Below, in pieces: positions 39,846 through 49,287 of a DNA stretch of 56,323 bases. Within the stretch, counting starts at the first letter, position 1. Every line of letters starts with the position of its first letter. Below the pieces are notes generated by a model. The model saw only the letters and a list, made by a program, of their open reading frames with translations, did no database searches and had not been told where the DNA came from. Location: the NCBI GenBank assembly GCA_001797615.1, contig MGPV01000012.1:1-56323 (forward strand), given 5' to 3'. The DNA is from Deltaproteobacteria bacterium GWC2_65_14 (GTDB lineage Bacteria; Desulfobacterota; Deferrimicrobia; Deferrimicrobiales; Deferrimicrobiaceae). Position numbers and translations under genes: made by a program.

Positions 39846-41080
39846 GCTCCCCCCTGTCGGAGTATGAAAAGATCGTCGGCGCCTCGGCGGTCACCCAGCT
39901 GCGGCGCCTCGGAGAGAAGCTCGGGAGGATCCGGGTCGTCCACGTGAACTCCACCCGGGAAGGCGGGGGGGTCGCCGAGATCCTGGAGTGGATGGTCCCC
40001 CTGATGCGCGACGTCGGGCTGGAGGCCTCCTGGGAGGTCATCCAGGGGACTCCCCGCTTCTACCGGATCACCAAGGCGATCCACAACGGCCTGCAGGGGC
40101 GCCCGGTGGAGCTTTCCCGGAGGGACTGGAGCGTCTACCGGGAGGTGAACGAGCAGAATGCCCGGCGTCTCCGCCCGGTCCTGGAGGAAGCCGATATCGT
40201 GGTCGTGCACGACCCCCAGCCGGCCCCGCTCCTCTCGATGTTCCCGAAGCGGAGGGGGAAGTGGATCTGGAGAGGGCATATCGACATCAGCCGGCCCCAC
40301 CGCCCGGTGTGGAAGGGGCTCCATCCGATCGTGAAGGAGTACGACGCGAGCATCTTCTCGATGTGCGAATTCGCCCAGCCGCTCCCGCACCCGCAGTTCC
40401 TCGTTCCGCCGAGCATCGATCCGCTGAGCGAGAAGAATGTCGAGATCGGCGCGGAGGAACTGGACCGGGTCCGGAAGGAATTCGGGATCGACCGGAAGCA
40501 GCCGCTCCTGGTGCAGGTTTCCCGGTTCGACCGGTTCAAGGACCCCATCGGGGTGATCCAGGCCTACCGGCTGGTCCGCACGGTCTCCCCCGTACAGCTC
40601 CTGCTCGCCGGAGGAGGGGCGGCGGACGACCCGGAGGGGAAGGCGGTGCTCGAGGAGGTGAGGGAGGCGGCGGAGGGGGATCCCGGCATCCATGTCATCC
40701 TCCTTCCCGCGAACGCCCACCGGACGATCAACGCCTTCCAGCGGATCGCCGACATCATCCTGCAGAAGTCCACGAAGGAAGGGTTCGGGCTGACGGTGAC
40801 CGAGGGAATGTGGAAGGGGAAGCCGGTGATCGGCGGGGACGTGGGGGGGATCCGCCTGCAGGTGTTCAACCACCATACCGGGTTTCTCGTGAACACCCCG
40901 GAGGGGGCCGCCCACCGGATCCGGTACTTCCTCCATCACCGGGAACGGATCCGGGAGATGGGGGAGGAGGCGCGGGAGTTCGTCCGGGAGAACTTCCTGC
41001 TGACCCGCCACCTGCGGGAATACCTGACCCTCTTCCTGTCGGTCCTCCGGGGCGGGACCGGGGGAGTCCTCTCGATTTAG
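39842..41080 (+). CDS. treT: Trehalose glycosyltransferring synthase (GT4)
   Basis: HVNSTREGGGVAEIL, VHDPQP, WIWRGHID, QVSRFDRFKDP, QKSTKEGFGLTVTEGMWK. Confidence 0.93.
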   Translation: MSSPLSEYEKIVGASAVTQLRRLGEKLGRIRVVHVNSTREGGGVAEILEWMVPLMRDVGLEASWEVIQGTPRFYRITKAIHNGLQGRPVELSRRDWSVYREVNEQNARRLRPVLEEADIVVVHDPQPAPLLSMFPKRRGKWIWRGHIDISRPHRPVWKGLHPIVKEYDASIFSMCEFAQPLPHPQFLVPPSIDPLSEKNVEIGAEELDRVRKEFGIDRKQPLLVQVSRFDRFKDPIGVIQAYRLVRTVSPVQLLLAGGGAADDPEGKAVLEEVREAAEGDPGIHVILLPANAHRTINAFQRIADIILQKSTKEGFGLTVTEGMWKGKPVIGGDVGGIRLQVFNHHTGFLVNTPEGAAHRIRYFLHHRERIREMGEEAREFVRENFLLTRHLREYLTLFLSVLRGGTGGVLSI

Positions 41081-41095
41081 GTGGGGAAGAACCTT

Positions 41096-41659
41096 CTACT
41101 TTACCGCTTCGTAGATCCGCATCGGGGGGATGTTCAGCATCTCGTAATCCACCCGAACCGACCGGAACACCGACTCCAGCGGCTCCTTGAGGTGGGTTTT
41201 CGCCTGGTAGAAGGTCTGGTAGGCGAGGAACTTCCCTCCCTCCCGCAGGGCGGCGTGCGACTTCCTCAAGATTTTCACCCTCGTCTCGTCCGGCAGGAAG
41301 GAGAAGGGGATCCCGGAGAGGATGCAGTCGGCGGCCTGCATCCCGCAGGCCGTGAGGACCTCGAGCACGTTCGAGGCGCAGTCGTTTCGAATGGCCACGC
41401 GGCGGTCCCGGAACCGCTTCCCCAGCATCCTGGAGAAGTCGGGGTTCCGCTCGATCAGGATCAGCCGGGAGTCGCTCCCCATCTTCTCCAGGAGGTGCTT
41501 CGTGAAGACCCCCGTCCCCGGCCCGTATTCCACGACGACGTCGGCCCGCCCGAAGTCGATCTTCCCGCAGACCCTCCGCACGCCGAACTCGGAGGTCGGC
41601 GTGATGGACGCGATGTACTTGTCCTTCGCGAAATGCTTCATATAGGAGAAGGTGCTCAC
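41096..41659 (-). CDS. Class I SAM methyltransferase (PmtA-like)
   Basis: IASITPTS, VVEYGPGTGVFT, ILSGIPFS, FLAYQ. Confidence 0.88.
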   Translation of the reverse strand: MSTFSYMKHFAKDKYIASITPTSEFGVRRVCGKIDFGRADVVVEYGPGTGVFTKHLLEKMGSDSRLILIERNPDFSRMLGKRFRDRRVAIRNDCASNVLEVLTACGMQAADCILSGIPFSFLPDETRVKILRKSHAALREGGKFLAYQTFYQAKTHLKEPLESVFRSVRVDYEMLNIPPMRIYEAVK

Positions 41660-41766
41660 CGTGGGATCCTTACGAAGGAATTTCCCATCCGTTTCCCCGG
41701 GACGGCCGCAGGGCCCCCCTGCACCTGGGATGGCGTGATCGCCCAGTCTGATTCGGCCCTGGCATG

Positions 41767-41796
41767 AAAAAACCCCGGCAACGTTCGCCGGGGTTT
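41767..41796 (-). terminator. Intrinsic terminator of cspA
   Basis: AAACCCCGGC-N7-GCCGGGGTTT with U-tracts on both strands. Confidence 0.85.
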
Positions 41797-41834
41797 GTTT
41801 CCGTCATCGGAACTGCGGCCTTCGGGCTCCCGCC

Positions 41835-42038
41835 TCAGGCGATCTTCGTGACGTTCGAAGCCTGCGGACCTTTGGGGCCCTGGGTGATCTCAAACTGGAC
41901 GCGGTCGCCCTCCGCCAGCGATTTGAAGCCTTCGCCGGAGATGGCGCTGAAGTGCACGAATACGTCAGGACCTCCCTCCTGGGAGATGAAGCCGTACCCT
42001 TTCGCGTCGTTGAACCATTTTACGCTGCCTTGAACCAC
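41835..42038 (-). CDS. cspA: Cold-shock protein
   Basis: [15 protein letters not shown]...DVFVHFSAI. Confidence 0.97.
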   Translation of the reverse strand: MVQGSVKWFNDAKGYGFISQEGGPDVFVHFSAISGEGFKSLAEGDRVQFEITQGPKGPQASNVTKIA

Positions 42039-42251
42039 TTCGTGTTACCTCCAAACTGGAAATTTGCCGCAGGAAACAGGAGCCGAACCCCCGAATGCCG
42101 CAACGCGGTACAACGTATCAGGACGCCGGGGTTGCGTCAAGGAAATAAAATGGAAAGAAAATGATTCCAGGGGCCCCCGGAAGGGCCGGTTTTCTTGATC
42201 GCCCCGATTGACTATACTGCGGATATCCGTGCGCCCGAGGGAGGATCCCAA

Positions 42252-43310
42252 ATGCTCCACGATCTTCTGAACCAGGAATTCCTGCGGAACCGGGTGGCGG
42301 ACTACGCGGTCTTCCTGGCGGTCGTCCTCGGCGGCATCCTCGCGGTCGTCGTCATCCGCCGGATCGTGCTGCACCGGCTCCGGGTCCTGGCGGAGAAGAC
42401 CGAAACGACGCTGGACGACTTCGCGATCGACATCTTCCGGAAGCAGCTCGTCCCGCTCGCCTATTACGGGATCTTCTACATGGCGTCGACCACCCTCGTC
42501 CTGAGCCCCTTCCTTACGAAGGCGATCCACGTCGGAGGGATGGCCCTGCTCACCTTCCTGACGATCCAGTTCGTGATCGCCTTCTCCCGCTACGGCATCC
42601 GGACCTACGCGGAGAAGCAGGGGAGGGACGCGGAGAGGGACCACGCGGTGTCCGGTTTCCTGACGGTGATCCGGGTGGTCGCCTGGATCCTGGGGAGCGT
42701 GTTCCTTCTGGACAACCTCGGATTCAGGATCAACACCGTGGTCGCCGGCCTCGGGATCGGCGGGATCGCCGTGGCCCTGGCGGCCCAGGCGATCCTGGGC
42801 GACCTGTTCGCCTACTTCACGATCCTGTTCGACCGCCCCTTCGAGATCGGGGACTTCATCATCGCGGGGGACACCATGGGGGTCGTGGAGCGCCTCGGAA
42901 TCAAGTCCACGAGGATCAGCAGCCTGAGCGGGGAGCAGATCATCCTGTCGAACAAGGATCTCACCGATTCCCGGGTCCGGAATTTCAAGCGGATGGGGCG
43001 GCGCAGGGTCCTGTTCCGGCTGGGGGTCACCTACCAGACTTCCCTGGAGCGGCTGAGGGAGATCCCGGGCCTGATCCGGGAGATCGTCGGGGAGATCGAG
43101 GACGCCGCCTTCGACCGGGCGCACTTCTCCTCCTACGGGGACTTCAGCCTGGTCATCGAGGTGGTCTACTACGTGATCGGGAACGACTACGCGAAGTACA
43201 TGGATACCCAGCAGCGGATCAACTTTCGGATCCACGAGGAATTCGGCAGGCGGGGGATCGAGTTCGCCTACCCGACGCAGACCCTCTTTCTGCAGAAGAC
43301 CCCGGAGTAG
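42252..43310 (+). CDS. MscS-family mechanosensitive channel
   Basis: AGLGIGGIAVALAAQ, DRPFEIGDFI, GVVERLGIKST, GIEFAYPTQTL. Confidence 0.94.
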   Translation: MLHDLLNQEFLRNRVADYAVFLAVVLGGILAVVVIRRIVLHRLRVLAEKTETTLDDFAIDIFRKQLVPLAYYGIFYMASTTLVLSPFLTKAIHVGGMALLTFLTIQFVIAFSRYGIRTYAEKQGRDAERDHAVSGFLTVIRVVAWILGSVFLLDNLGFRINTVVAGLGIGGIAVALAAQAILGDLFAYFTILFDRPFEIGDFIIAGDTMGVVERLGIKSTRISSLSGEQIILSNKDLTDSRVRNFKRMGRRRVLFRLGVTYQTSLERLREIPGLIREIVGEIEDAAFDRAHFSSYGDFSLVIEVVYYVIGNDYAKYMDTQQRINFRIHEEFGRRGIEFAYPTQTLFLQKTPE

Positions 43311-43337
43311 GGCACGTTCCCCGGGAACCCGGGCCGG

Positions 43338-44264
43338 CTACCGGGACTCCCGGGCCTCGAGCCACCTCTCGGCGTCGATCGCCGCGCGGCATCCGCATCC
43401 CGCGGCGGTGATCGCCTGCCGGTAGACGAAATCGTGCACGTCGCCCGCGGCGAACACCCCCTCGACGCTGGTCTTCGAGCCCTCGTGGACCCGAATGTAA
43501 CCCTTCTCCATCCCGATCTGCCCCTCGAAGATCTTCGTGTTGGGCTCGTGGCCGATCGCGACGAAGAGGCCGTCGATCTTCCGGGTCGATTCCTTCCCGT
43601 CGACGGTGTTCCGGATCCGGACCGAGGTCACCTCCTTCTTCGAAGGATCGTGGATCTCCGTGACCACGCTGTTCCAGAGGAACTCGATTTTTTCGTTCTT
43701 CCTCGCCCGGTCGGACATGATCCGGGAGGCCCGCAGCTGCTCCCGCCGGTGCACGACCACCACGTTCGAAGCGAACCTCGTGAGGAAGAGCGCCTCCTCG
43801 AGCGCGGTGTCGCCGCCTCCGACCACCATGACCTCCTTCTCCCGGAAGAAGGCGCCGTCGCAGGTGGCGCAGGTGGAGACCCCGCGGCCGAGAAGCGGTT
43901 TCTCGGAGGGAAGCCCCAGCATCTTGGCCGATGCGCCGGTCGCGAGGATGAGGGCCTCCGCTTCGTAGCTTCCCTCCCCGGTTTTCACCACGAACGGCTT
44001 TCTTCCCAATACCACCGAGGTGGCGACTTCCATCCGGTATTCCGCGCCGAACCGCTGGGCCTGCCGCTTCATCATCTCCACGAGGTCCGGACCCTGCACC
44101 CCCTCGGGGAAGCCGGGGAAGTTCTCCACGCCGGTCGTGAGGGAGAGCTGGCCGCCAGGCTCGTGGCCTTCCAGCACGAGGGGAGCGAGATTGGCTCTGG
44201 CCGTGTAGATGGCCGCCGTGGATCCGGCGCAGCCCGATCCGAGGATGATGACGTTGCGCGTCAT
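43338..44264 (-). CDS. trxB: Thioredoxin reductase
   Basis: GGQLSLTTGVENFPGF, STCATCDG, GGGDTALEE, HRREQLRA, FAAGDV, YRQAITAAG. Confidence 0.96.
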   Translation of the reverse strand: MTRNVIILGSGCAGSTAAIYTARANLAPLVLEGHEPGGQLSLTTGVENFPGFPEGVQGPDLVEMMKRQAQRFGAEYRMEVATSVVLGRKPFVVKTGEGSYEAEALILATGASAKMLGLPSEKPLLGRGVSTCATCDGAFFREKEVMVVGGGDTALEEALFLTRFASNVVVVHRREQLRASRIMSDRARKNEKIEFLWNSVVTEIHDPSKKEVTSVRIRNTVDGKESTRKIDGLFVAIGHEPNTKIFEGQIGMEKGYIRVHEGSKTSVEGVFAAGDVHDFVYRQAITAAGCGCRAAIDAERWLEARESR

Positions 44265-44434
44265 GGGGATCCCTCCGTCGTTCTTCTGGGATGGAAAAAG
44301 TGTCGCCTTCCGCAGCGGGAGTTGTCAAGCCCGCCCGCCTTGTCCCGCGCGGCGAAACCTGCGCCGGATCCGCGGCATCTCTACCTATGAAAAGGAAAAG
44401 AACGCTGAAATACGTTACGAGAGGAGGAAGCGAC

Positions 44435-44470
44435 ATGTGCAAGACTTGTGGTTGCGGGGGCAAAAAGTAG
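44435..44470 (+). CDS. 11-aa micro-ORF MCKTCGCGGKK (CxxCGC metal-binding motif)
   Basis: Strong RBS GAGGAGG 7 nt upstream; TAG at 44468-44470; terminator 23 nt downstream. Confidence 0.6.
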   Translation: MCKTCGCGGKK

Positions 44471-44492
44471 TCTGGGAACGAAGACCGAAATG

Positions 44493-44520
44493 AAAGGGAG
44501 AGGCTGTCCTCTCCCTTTTT
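44493..44520 (+). terminator. Intrinsic terminator after the micro-ORF
   Basis: AAAGGGAGAGG-CTGT-CCTCTCCCTTTTT. Confidence 0.88.
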
Positions 44521-44554
44521 CTCGCGGGGAGCGGAACCGAAAAGGAGGAGCGGA

Positions 44555-44926
44555 ATGAAAACGATCGACCCGTTCAAGCCGGGAGGCAGGGGGGTGATGG
44601 CGACGGCGGACGCCAGCGGAGCGGTGAACACCGCGATCTACGCTTCCCCGAGGATCATCGACGAGCACACCGTCGCATGGGGGATGACCGAACGACGCAC
44701 CTACCAAAACGTCCGGGAGAATCCCAACGCCTCCTACCTCTACATCGATCCCGGGGGAGGGTTCCTGGGGGTCCGGCTCAGCCTCCGCCTGAAGGAGCTG
44801 AAGGACTCCGGGCCGCTGCTGGAGGAGATCCGGGAAAATACCCGGACGGTCTCCAGTCCGTCGGCGGCGGAGGCGGTCAAGTACGTCGCCTATTTCACGA
44901 TCGTCGAGAAGAGACCTCTCGTCTGA
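44555..44926 (+). CDS. Pyridoxamine 5'-phosphate oxidase-like FMN-binding protein
   Basis: GVMATADASGAVNTAIYASP...TYQNVRENPNASYL; own AGGAGG RBS. Confidence 0.85.
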   Translation: MKTIDPFKPGGRGVMATADASGAVNTAIYASPRIIDEHTVAWGMTERRTYQNVRENPNASYLYIDPGGGFLGVRLSLRLKELKDSGPLLEEIRENTRTVSSPSAAEAVKYVAYFTIVEKRPLV

Positions 44927-44987
44927 CGGCCTGCCGGGCTTCCGCGTCCCGTTCGGTCCGGCGCAACCTTCGAGGGGGCGAAAGACC

Positions 44988-46103
44988 ATGCGGCATGTTT
45001 TCCCGTCGGTCGCGGCGATTCCGATCCTGATCTGGGTTCTTGCGTTCCCTTCCGGCGCGGGCGCCATGGGCGCGAAGCCGGGCGCGATCCGTCTTCCCGC
45101 AGGATTTCACCTCGAGCTGTATTCCGGGGAGGTCCCCGGCGCGCGATCGATGGCGCTGGGCGACCGGGGGACCCTGTTCGTGGGGACCCGGAAAGAGGGA
45201 GTCGTCTATGCGGTGCGGGATGAGGACGGCGACGGGAAGGCGGAGCGGGTCGTCGTCCTTGCCCGAGGGCTCGACCTTCCCAACGGAGTGGCTTTTCGCG
45301 ACGGCGCTCTGTACGTGGCCGAGAAAAGCCGCGTGCTCCGGTACGACCGGATCGAGTCCCGCCTCGAGAACCCGCCCCGCCCCGTCGTGGTCAACGACTC
45401 TTTTCCCCGGGATGCCCATCACGGGTGGAAGTTCATCCGGTTCGGGCCGGACGGGCTTCTCTATGTCCCGGTCGGCGCCCCCTGTAACGTCTGCGAGCGG
45501 GAGGATCCGCGCTATGCCTCAATCCTCCGGATGAACGCGGACGGAACCGGGCTGGAGCCGTTTGCCCGGGGGGTCCGCAACACCGTGGGGTTCGACTGGC
45601 ACCCGGAAACCGGGGAGATGTGGTTCACGGACAACGGGCGGGACTGGATGGGGGACAACGTTCCGCCGGACGAACTGAACCGCGCTCCACGGCAGGGGCT
45701 CCACTTCGGCTTCCCGTACTGGCATGGAGCGAAGATTCCGGACCCGGAGTTCGGGGGGAAGATGGCGAAGGATGCGTTCGTTCCCCCCGAGATGGAACTG
45801 GGGCCCCACGTCGCCTCCCTGGGGATGCGCTATTACACGGGACGCATGTTCCCGCAACGGTACCGGAACCAGATCTTCATCGCGGAGCACGGCTCCTGGA
45901 ACCGCAGCGAACCGATCGGATACCGGGTGACCGTGGCCCGCTTCGAGAACGGCAGGCCCGCCGGGTACGAACCCTTCGCGGAAGGGTGGCTCACGGAGAA
46001 CGGAGCGTGGGGCCGCCCTGTCGACGTGCAGGTAATGCCGGACGGCGCCCTGCTCGTATCCGACGACAGGAAGGGGGCGATCTACCGCATCGTCTACCGA
46101 TAA
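44988..46103 (+). CDS. Exported PQQ-dependent sugar/sorbosone dehydrogenase (beta-propeller)
   Basis: Signal peptide; HHGWKFIRFGPDG, GAPCNVC, GVRNTVG, IAEHGSWNR, GRPVDV, SDD. Confidence 0.9.
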   Translation: MRHVFPSVAAIPILIWVLAFPSGAGAMGAKPGAIRLPAGFHLELYSGEVPGARSMALGDRGTLFVGTRKEGVVYAVRDEDGDGKAERVVVLARGLDLPNGVAFRDGALYVAEKSRVLRYDRIESRLENPPRPVVVNDSFPRDAHHGWKFIRFGPDGLLYVPVGAPCNVCEREDPRYASILRMNADGTGLEPFARGVRNTVGFDWHPETGEMWFTDNGRDWMGDNVPPDELNRAPRQGLHFGFPYWHGAKIPDPEFGGKMAKDAFVPPEMELGPHVASLGMRYYTGRMFPQRYRNQIFIAEHGSWNRSEPIGYRVTVARFENGRPAGYEPFAEGWLTENGAWGRPVDVQVMPDGALLVSDDRKGAIYRIVYR

Positions 46104-46184
46104 AAAAAAGTATGGCGGAGGGAGCCACTCGGAATAGAATTGGGTTGCGGAATCCGACATCCCCGGCAAGGAAAGGAGAAAAAC

Positions 46185-47330
46185 GTGAGAAGGGAATGGG
46201 TGCTCCTTACAGGGTGTCTTTTTCTCCTGGGGCCGATCGCCGGCTGCAAGGCTCCTCCCGCGAAGGAAATCAAGATCGGCCTGATCACGCCGATCTCCGG
46301 AGACGTAAAAACGTACGGGGAATCGGTGAAAAACGCCTTCGAGATCGCGGTGCAGGAGGCGAACGCCTCCGGGGGGGCCGCGGGCCTTACGATCGCGACG
46401 GTGGTCGTGGACGACAAGAACGACCCCACGGAGGCGAGCAACGCGGCGAACCTGCTGATCAACCAGCACCGGGTGCGGGCGATCGTGGGGTCGGTCACCT
46501 CGAAGGCCACCATCCCGGTGTCCGACATGGCACAATCCTACAAAATTCCGACGATCACGGGGACGGCGACCAACCCGAAGGTGACGGTCGCGGACGGCAA
46601 GCGGAAGGACTACATGTTCCGCGCCTGCTACACCGATTCCTTCCAGGGAACGGTCATGGCGAAATTCGCCCGGGAGACGCTGAAGGCCGGATCGGCGGCC
46701 GTGCTCTACGACGCCTCCAACGACTACTCCCTGGGGATCGCCGAGGTCTTCCGGGACGCTTTCGGAAAAATGGGAGGCCGGATCGCGGCCTACGAGTCCT
46801 ACGGGAAGGACGACGTCGACTTCTCGGCCCTCCTGACCAAGCTGAAAGCGGCGAAACCGGATGTCCTCTTTCTCCCGGACTATTACGGCAAGGTGGGGCT
46901 GATCGCCAAGCAGGCGAGGGAAAAGGGGATCCAGGCCGCCCTGATCGGACCCGACGGGTGGGATTCCCCCGAACTGGTGAAGATCGCCGGGAGCGCGATC
47001 GAGGGGGGGTACTTCTCGAACCACTACTCGCCGGAAGACACGCGGCCGGAGGTGGTTCACTGGGTGAAGAAGTACCAGGAGAAGCACAAGCAGACACCGG
47101 ACGCCCTCGCGAGCCTCGCGTACGACGCGACGAACATGCTGATCGAGGCGATCCGGAAGGCCAACAGCGACGACCCCGGGAAGATCCGGGACGCCCTGGC
47201 GTCGATGCAGGGATACACGGGGGTCACGGGGACCTTCACGATGGACCGGAACGGCGACCCGGTGAAAAGCGCCGTCATCCTCCAGATCCGGGACGGCAAG
47301 CAGAAATTCCTCCAGGTCGTGAACCCCTGA
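46185..47330 (+). CDS. livK: Branched-chain amino acid ABC transporter substrate-binding lipoprotein
   Basis: Lipobox IAGC; IKIGLITPISG, FRACYTDSFQG, GPDGWDS, ALASLAYDA. Confidence 0.9.
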   Translation: MRREWVLLTGCLFLLGPIAGCKAPPAKEIKIGLITPISGDVKTYGESVKNAFEIAVQEANASGGAAGLTIATVVVDDKNDPTEASNAANLLINQHRVRAIVGSVTSKATIPVSDMAQSYKIPTITGTATNPKVTVADGKRKDYMFRACYTDSFQGTVMAKFARETLKAGSAAVLYDASNDYSLGIAEVFRDAFGKMGGRIAAYESYGKDDVDFSALLTKLKAAKPDVLFLPDYYGKVGLIAKQAREKGIQAALIGPDGWDSPELVKIAGSAIEGGYFSNHYSPEDTRPEVVHWVKKYQEKHKQTPDALASLAYDATNMLIEAIRKANSDDPGKIRDALASMQGYTGVTGTFTMDRNGDPVKSAVILQIRDGKQKFLQVVNP

Positions 47331-47355
47331 GAGCGGGACGGAAGGGATCGGACAG

Positions 47356-47387
47356 GGGCCGGGCGGGAGCTTCCCCCCCGGCCCTTT
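47356..47387 (+). terminator. GC hairpin with U4 tail between livK and livH
   Basis: GGGCCGGG...CCCGGCCC-TTTT. Confidence 0.55.
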
Positions 47388-47431
47388 TCGCGAGGCTTCC
47401 GTCGGGCACCCTTCCGTAAGCGGGCCGAGTC

Positions 47432-48316
47432 ATGGAGTACTTCGCCCAGCAGCTGGTCAACGGGCTCCAGATCGGATTCGTGTACGCCCTGATCGCCCTG
47501 GGGTACACCATGGTGTACGGGATCGTCCGCCTGATCAACTTCGCGCACGGCGACGTCTTCATGGTGGGGGCGTTCATCGGGCTCTACGGGATCGGAACGT
47601 ACCACCTTCCTTTCGCGGTCGTCCTGCTCCTCGCGGCGGTCGGCTGCACCCTTTTGGGTGTGCTCATCGAGCAGCTCGCCTACCGGCCCCTTCGCGACGC
47701 ACCCAAGATCGCTGCGCTGATCACCGCGATCGGCGTCTCCCTGTTCCTGGAATACTTCACCAGCCTGAAGCCGCTGTTCGGCCCGAACTTCTATTCCTTC
47801 CCCCGTCCCTTCGAGGTCGTCTCCCGCGAGGTGTGGGGGATCACCGTGACGAACATCCAGGGGATCATCCTGGTCACGACCGTCCTGTGCCTCGCGCTGC
47901 TCCAGTTCGTCGTCTTCCGGACCCGGATCGGGAAGGCGATGCGGGCCGTCTCGCACGACCATGTCACCGCCGGGCTGATGGGGGTGAACGTGAACCTGGT
48001 GATCTCCTTCACCTTCGGCATCGGCGCGGCGCTCGCGGGGGTGGGAGGGATCCTCTACGGGATCGCCTACCCGCAGGTGAACACCTTCATGGGGTTCATG
48101 CCGGGGCTGAAGGCGTTCACCGCCGCGGTCCTCGGGGGGATCGGGAGCATCCCCGGGGCTTTTCTCGGTGCGCTCATCATGGGACAGGCGGAGACGCTGA
48201 CCACGGCCTACCTCTCCTCGACCTACCGGGACGGAATCGCCTTCGTCATCCTGATCCTGGTCCTGCTCTGGAGACCCACCGGCATTCTCGGGGTCTCCAG
48301 GACGGAAAAGGTGTGA
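47432..48316 (+). CDS. livH: Branched-chain amino acid ABC permease
   Basis: YALIALGYTMVYGIVRLINFAHGD, GLKAFTAAVLGGIGS. Confidence 0.95.
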   Translation: MEYFAQQLVNGLQIGFVYALIALGYTMVYGIVRLINFAHGDVFMVGAFIGLYGIGTYHLPFAVVLLLAAVGCTLLGVLIEQLAYRPLRDAPKIAALITAIGVSLFLEYFTSLKPLFGPNFYSFPRPFEVVSREVWGITVTNIQGIILVTTVLCLALLQFVVFRTRIGKAMRAVSHDHVTAGLMGVNVNLVISFTFGIGAALAGVGGILYGIAYPQVNTFMGFMPGLKAFTAAVLGGIGSIPGAFLGALIMGQAETLTTAYLSSTYRDGIAFVILILVLLWRPTGILGVSRTEKV

Positions 48317-49287
48317 CCGGGGTGAGAACGGGTCGGAACCTCGCTGCGCTCCTCCTCGCCTTCGCGGCCGCCGTGGGAGGGATCTCCCTGCTGGAGGGGC
48401 ACGGGATCCTGAATCCGTACTGGATCCAGATCCTCCAGCTTGCCTGCATCGTGACCATCTCCGCGCAGGGGCTGAACGTCGTCTACGGGCACACGGGCCT
48501 CTTTTCGCTCGGCCATGCCGCCTTCTACGGGATCGGGGCCTACACGGCGGCCTACTTGATGAAAGGCTGGGGAGGCGATTCCCAGCTCCTGTTCGTCTGC
48601 GCGCTGCTCGCCGGAGGGGGGGCGGCGGCGACCGTCGCCTTCCTGATCGGACTGCCGACCCTCCGGCTGACTTCCGATTACCTCGGGATCGCCACGCTGG
48701 GGTTCGGCGTCATCATGAAGGTGGTCTTCGACAACATGGACGGATTCCTCCCTGCACTGGGGGGAGCCAGGGGGATGACCGGCATCGCGAAGATGACCAC
48801 CGTCCCGTGGGCCCTGTTCGGGCTTCTCGTCTCCACCCTGGTCGTCCGCAACCTGGTCCACTCCAGCTACGGCCGGGCTCTCACCTCCATCCGGGAGGAC
48901 GAGATCGCGGCGGAGTCGATGGGAATCGACACCTTCCGGTACAAGATGATCGGGTTCGTGACCGGGTGCGCCTTCGCCGGCGTGGCCGGGGGGCTCTACG
49001 CGCATCTGTACCGCTTTCTCCACCCGAGCAATTTCGACTTCTTCAAGTCGATCGACGTCCTGATGATCGTCGTCATCGGCGGGCTCGGGAACATGACCGG
49101 GACGGTGGCCGCCTCCTTCGGGTGGATCTTCCTCCTCGAGGGGCTTCGCTTCCTGCTCCCTCCCGAATATGTCGAGCTCCGGTGGGTCGTGATCCCGGTC
49201 CTGCTCGTCGTCACGATGCTTTTGCGGCCGCAGGGGCTGTTCGGCCGGTGGGAGTTTTTCCTCCTGCGGGCGCGGGGGGAGCGATGA
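48313..49287 (+). CDS. livM: Branched-chain amino acid ABC permease
   Basis: GLFSLGHAAFYGIGAY, LRLTSDYLGIATLGF, IREDEIAA, VVIGGLG; start approximate. Confidence 0.93.
   Translation: MTGVRTGRNLAALLLAFAAAVGGISLLEGHGILNPYWIQILQLACIVTISAQGLNVVYGHTGLFSLGHAAFYGIGAYTAAYLMKGWGGDSQLLFVCALLAGGGAAATVAFLIGLPTLRLTSDYLGIATLGFGVIMKVVFDNMDGFLPALGGARGMTGIAKMTTVPWALFGLLVSTLVVRNLVHSSYGRALTSIREDEIAAESMGIDTFRYKMIGFVTGCAFAGVAGGLYAHLYRFLHPSNFDFFKSIDVLMIVVIGGLGNMTGTVAASFGWIFLLEGLRFLLPPEYVELRWVVIPVLLVVTMLLRPQGLFGRWEFFLLRARGER

Noticed and set aside
46112-46125. TGGCGGAGGGAG, resembling the reverse complement of a tRNA 3' end (possible att relic)
   Set aside because: Only ~12 nt; no T-arm (GTTCGA), no second copy, and no integrase.
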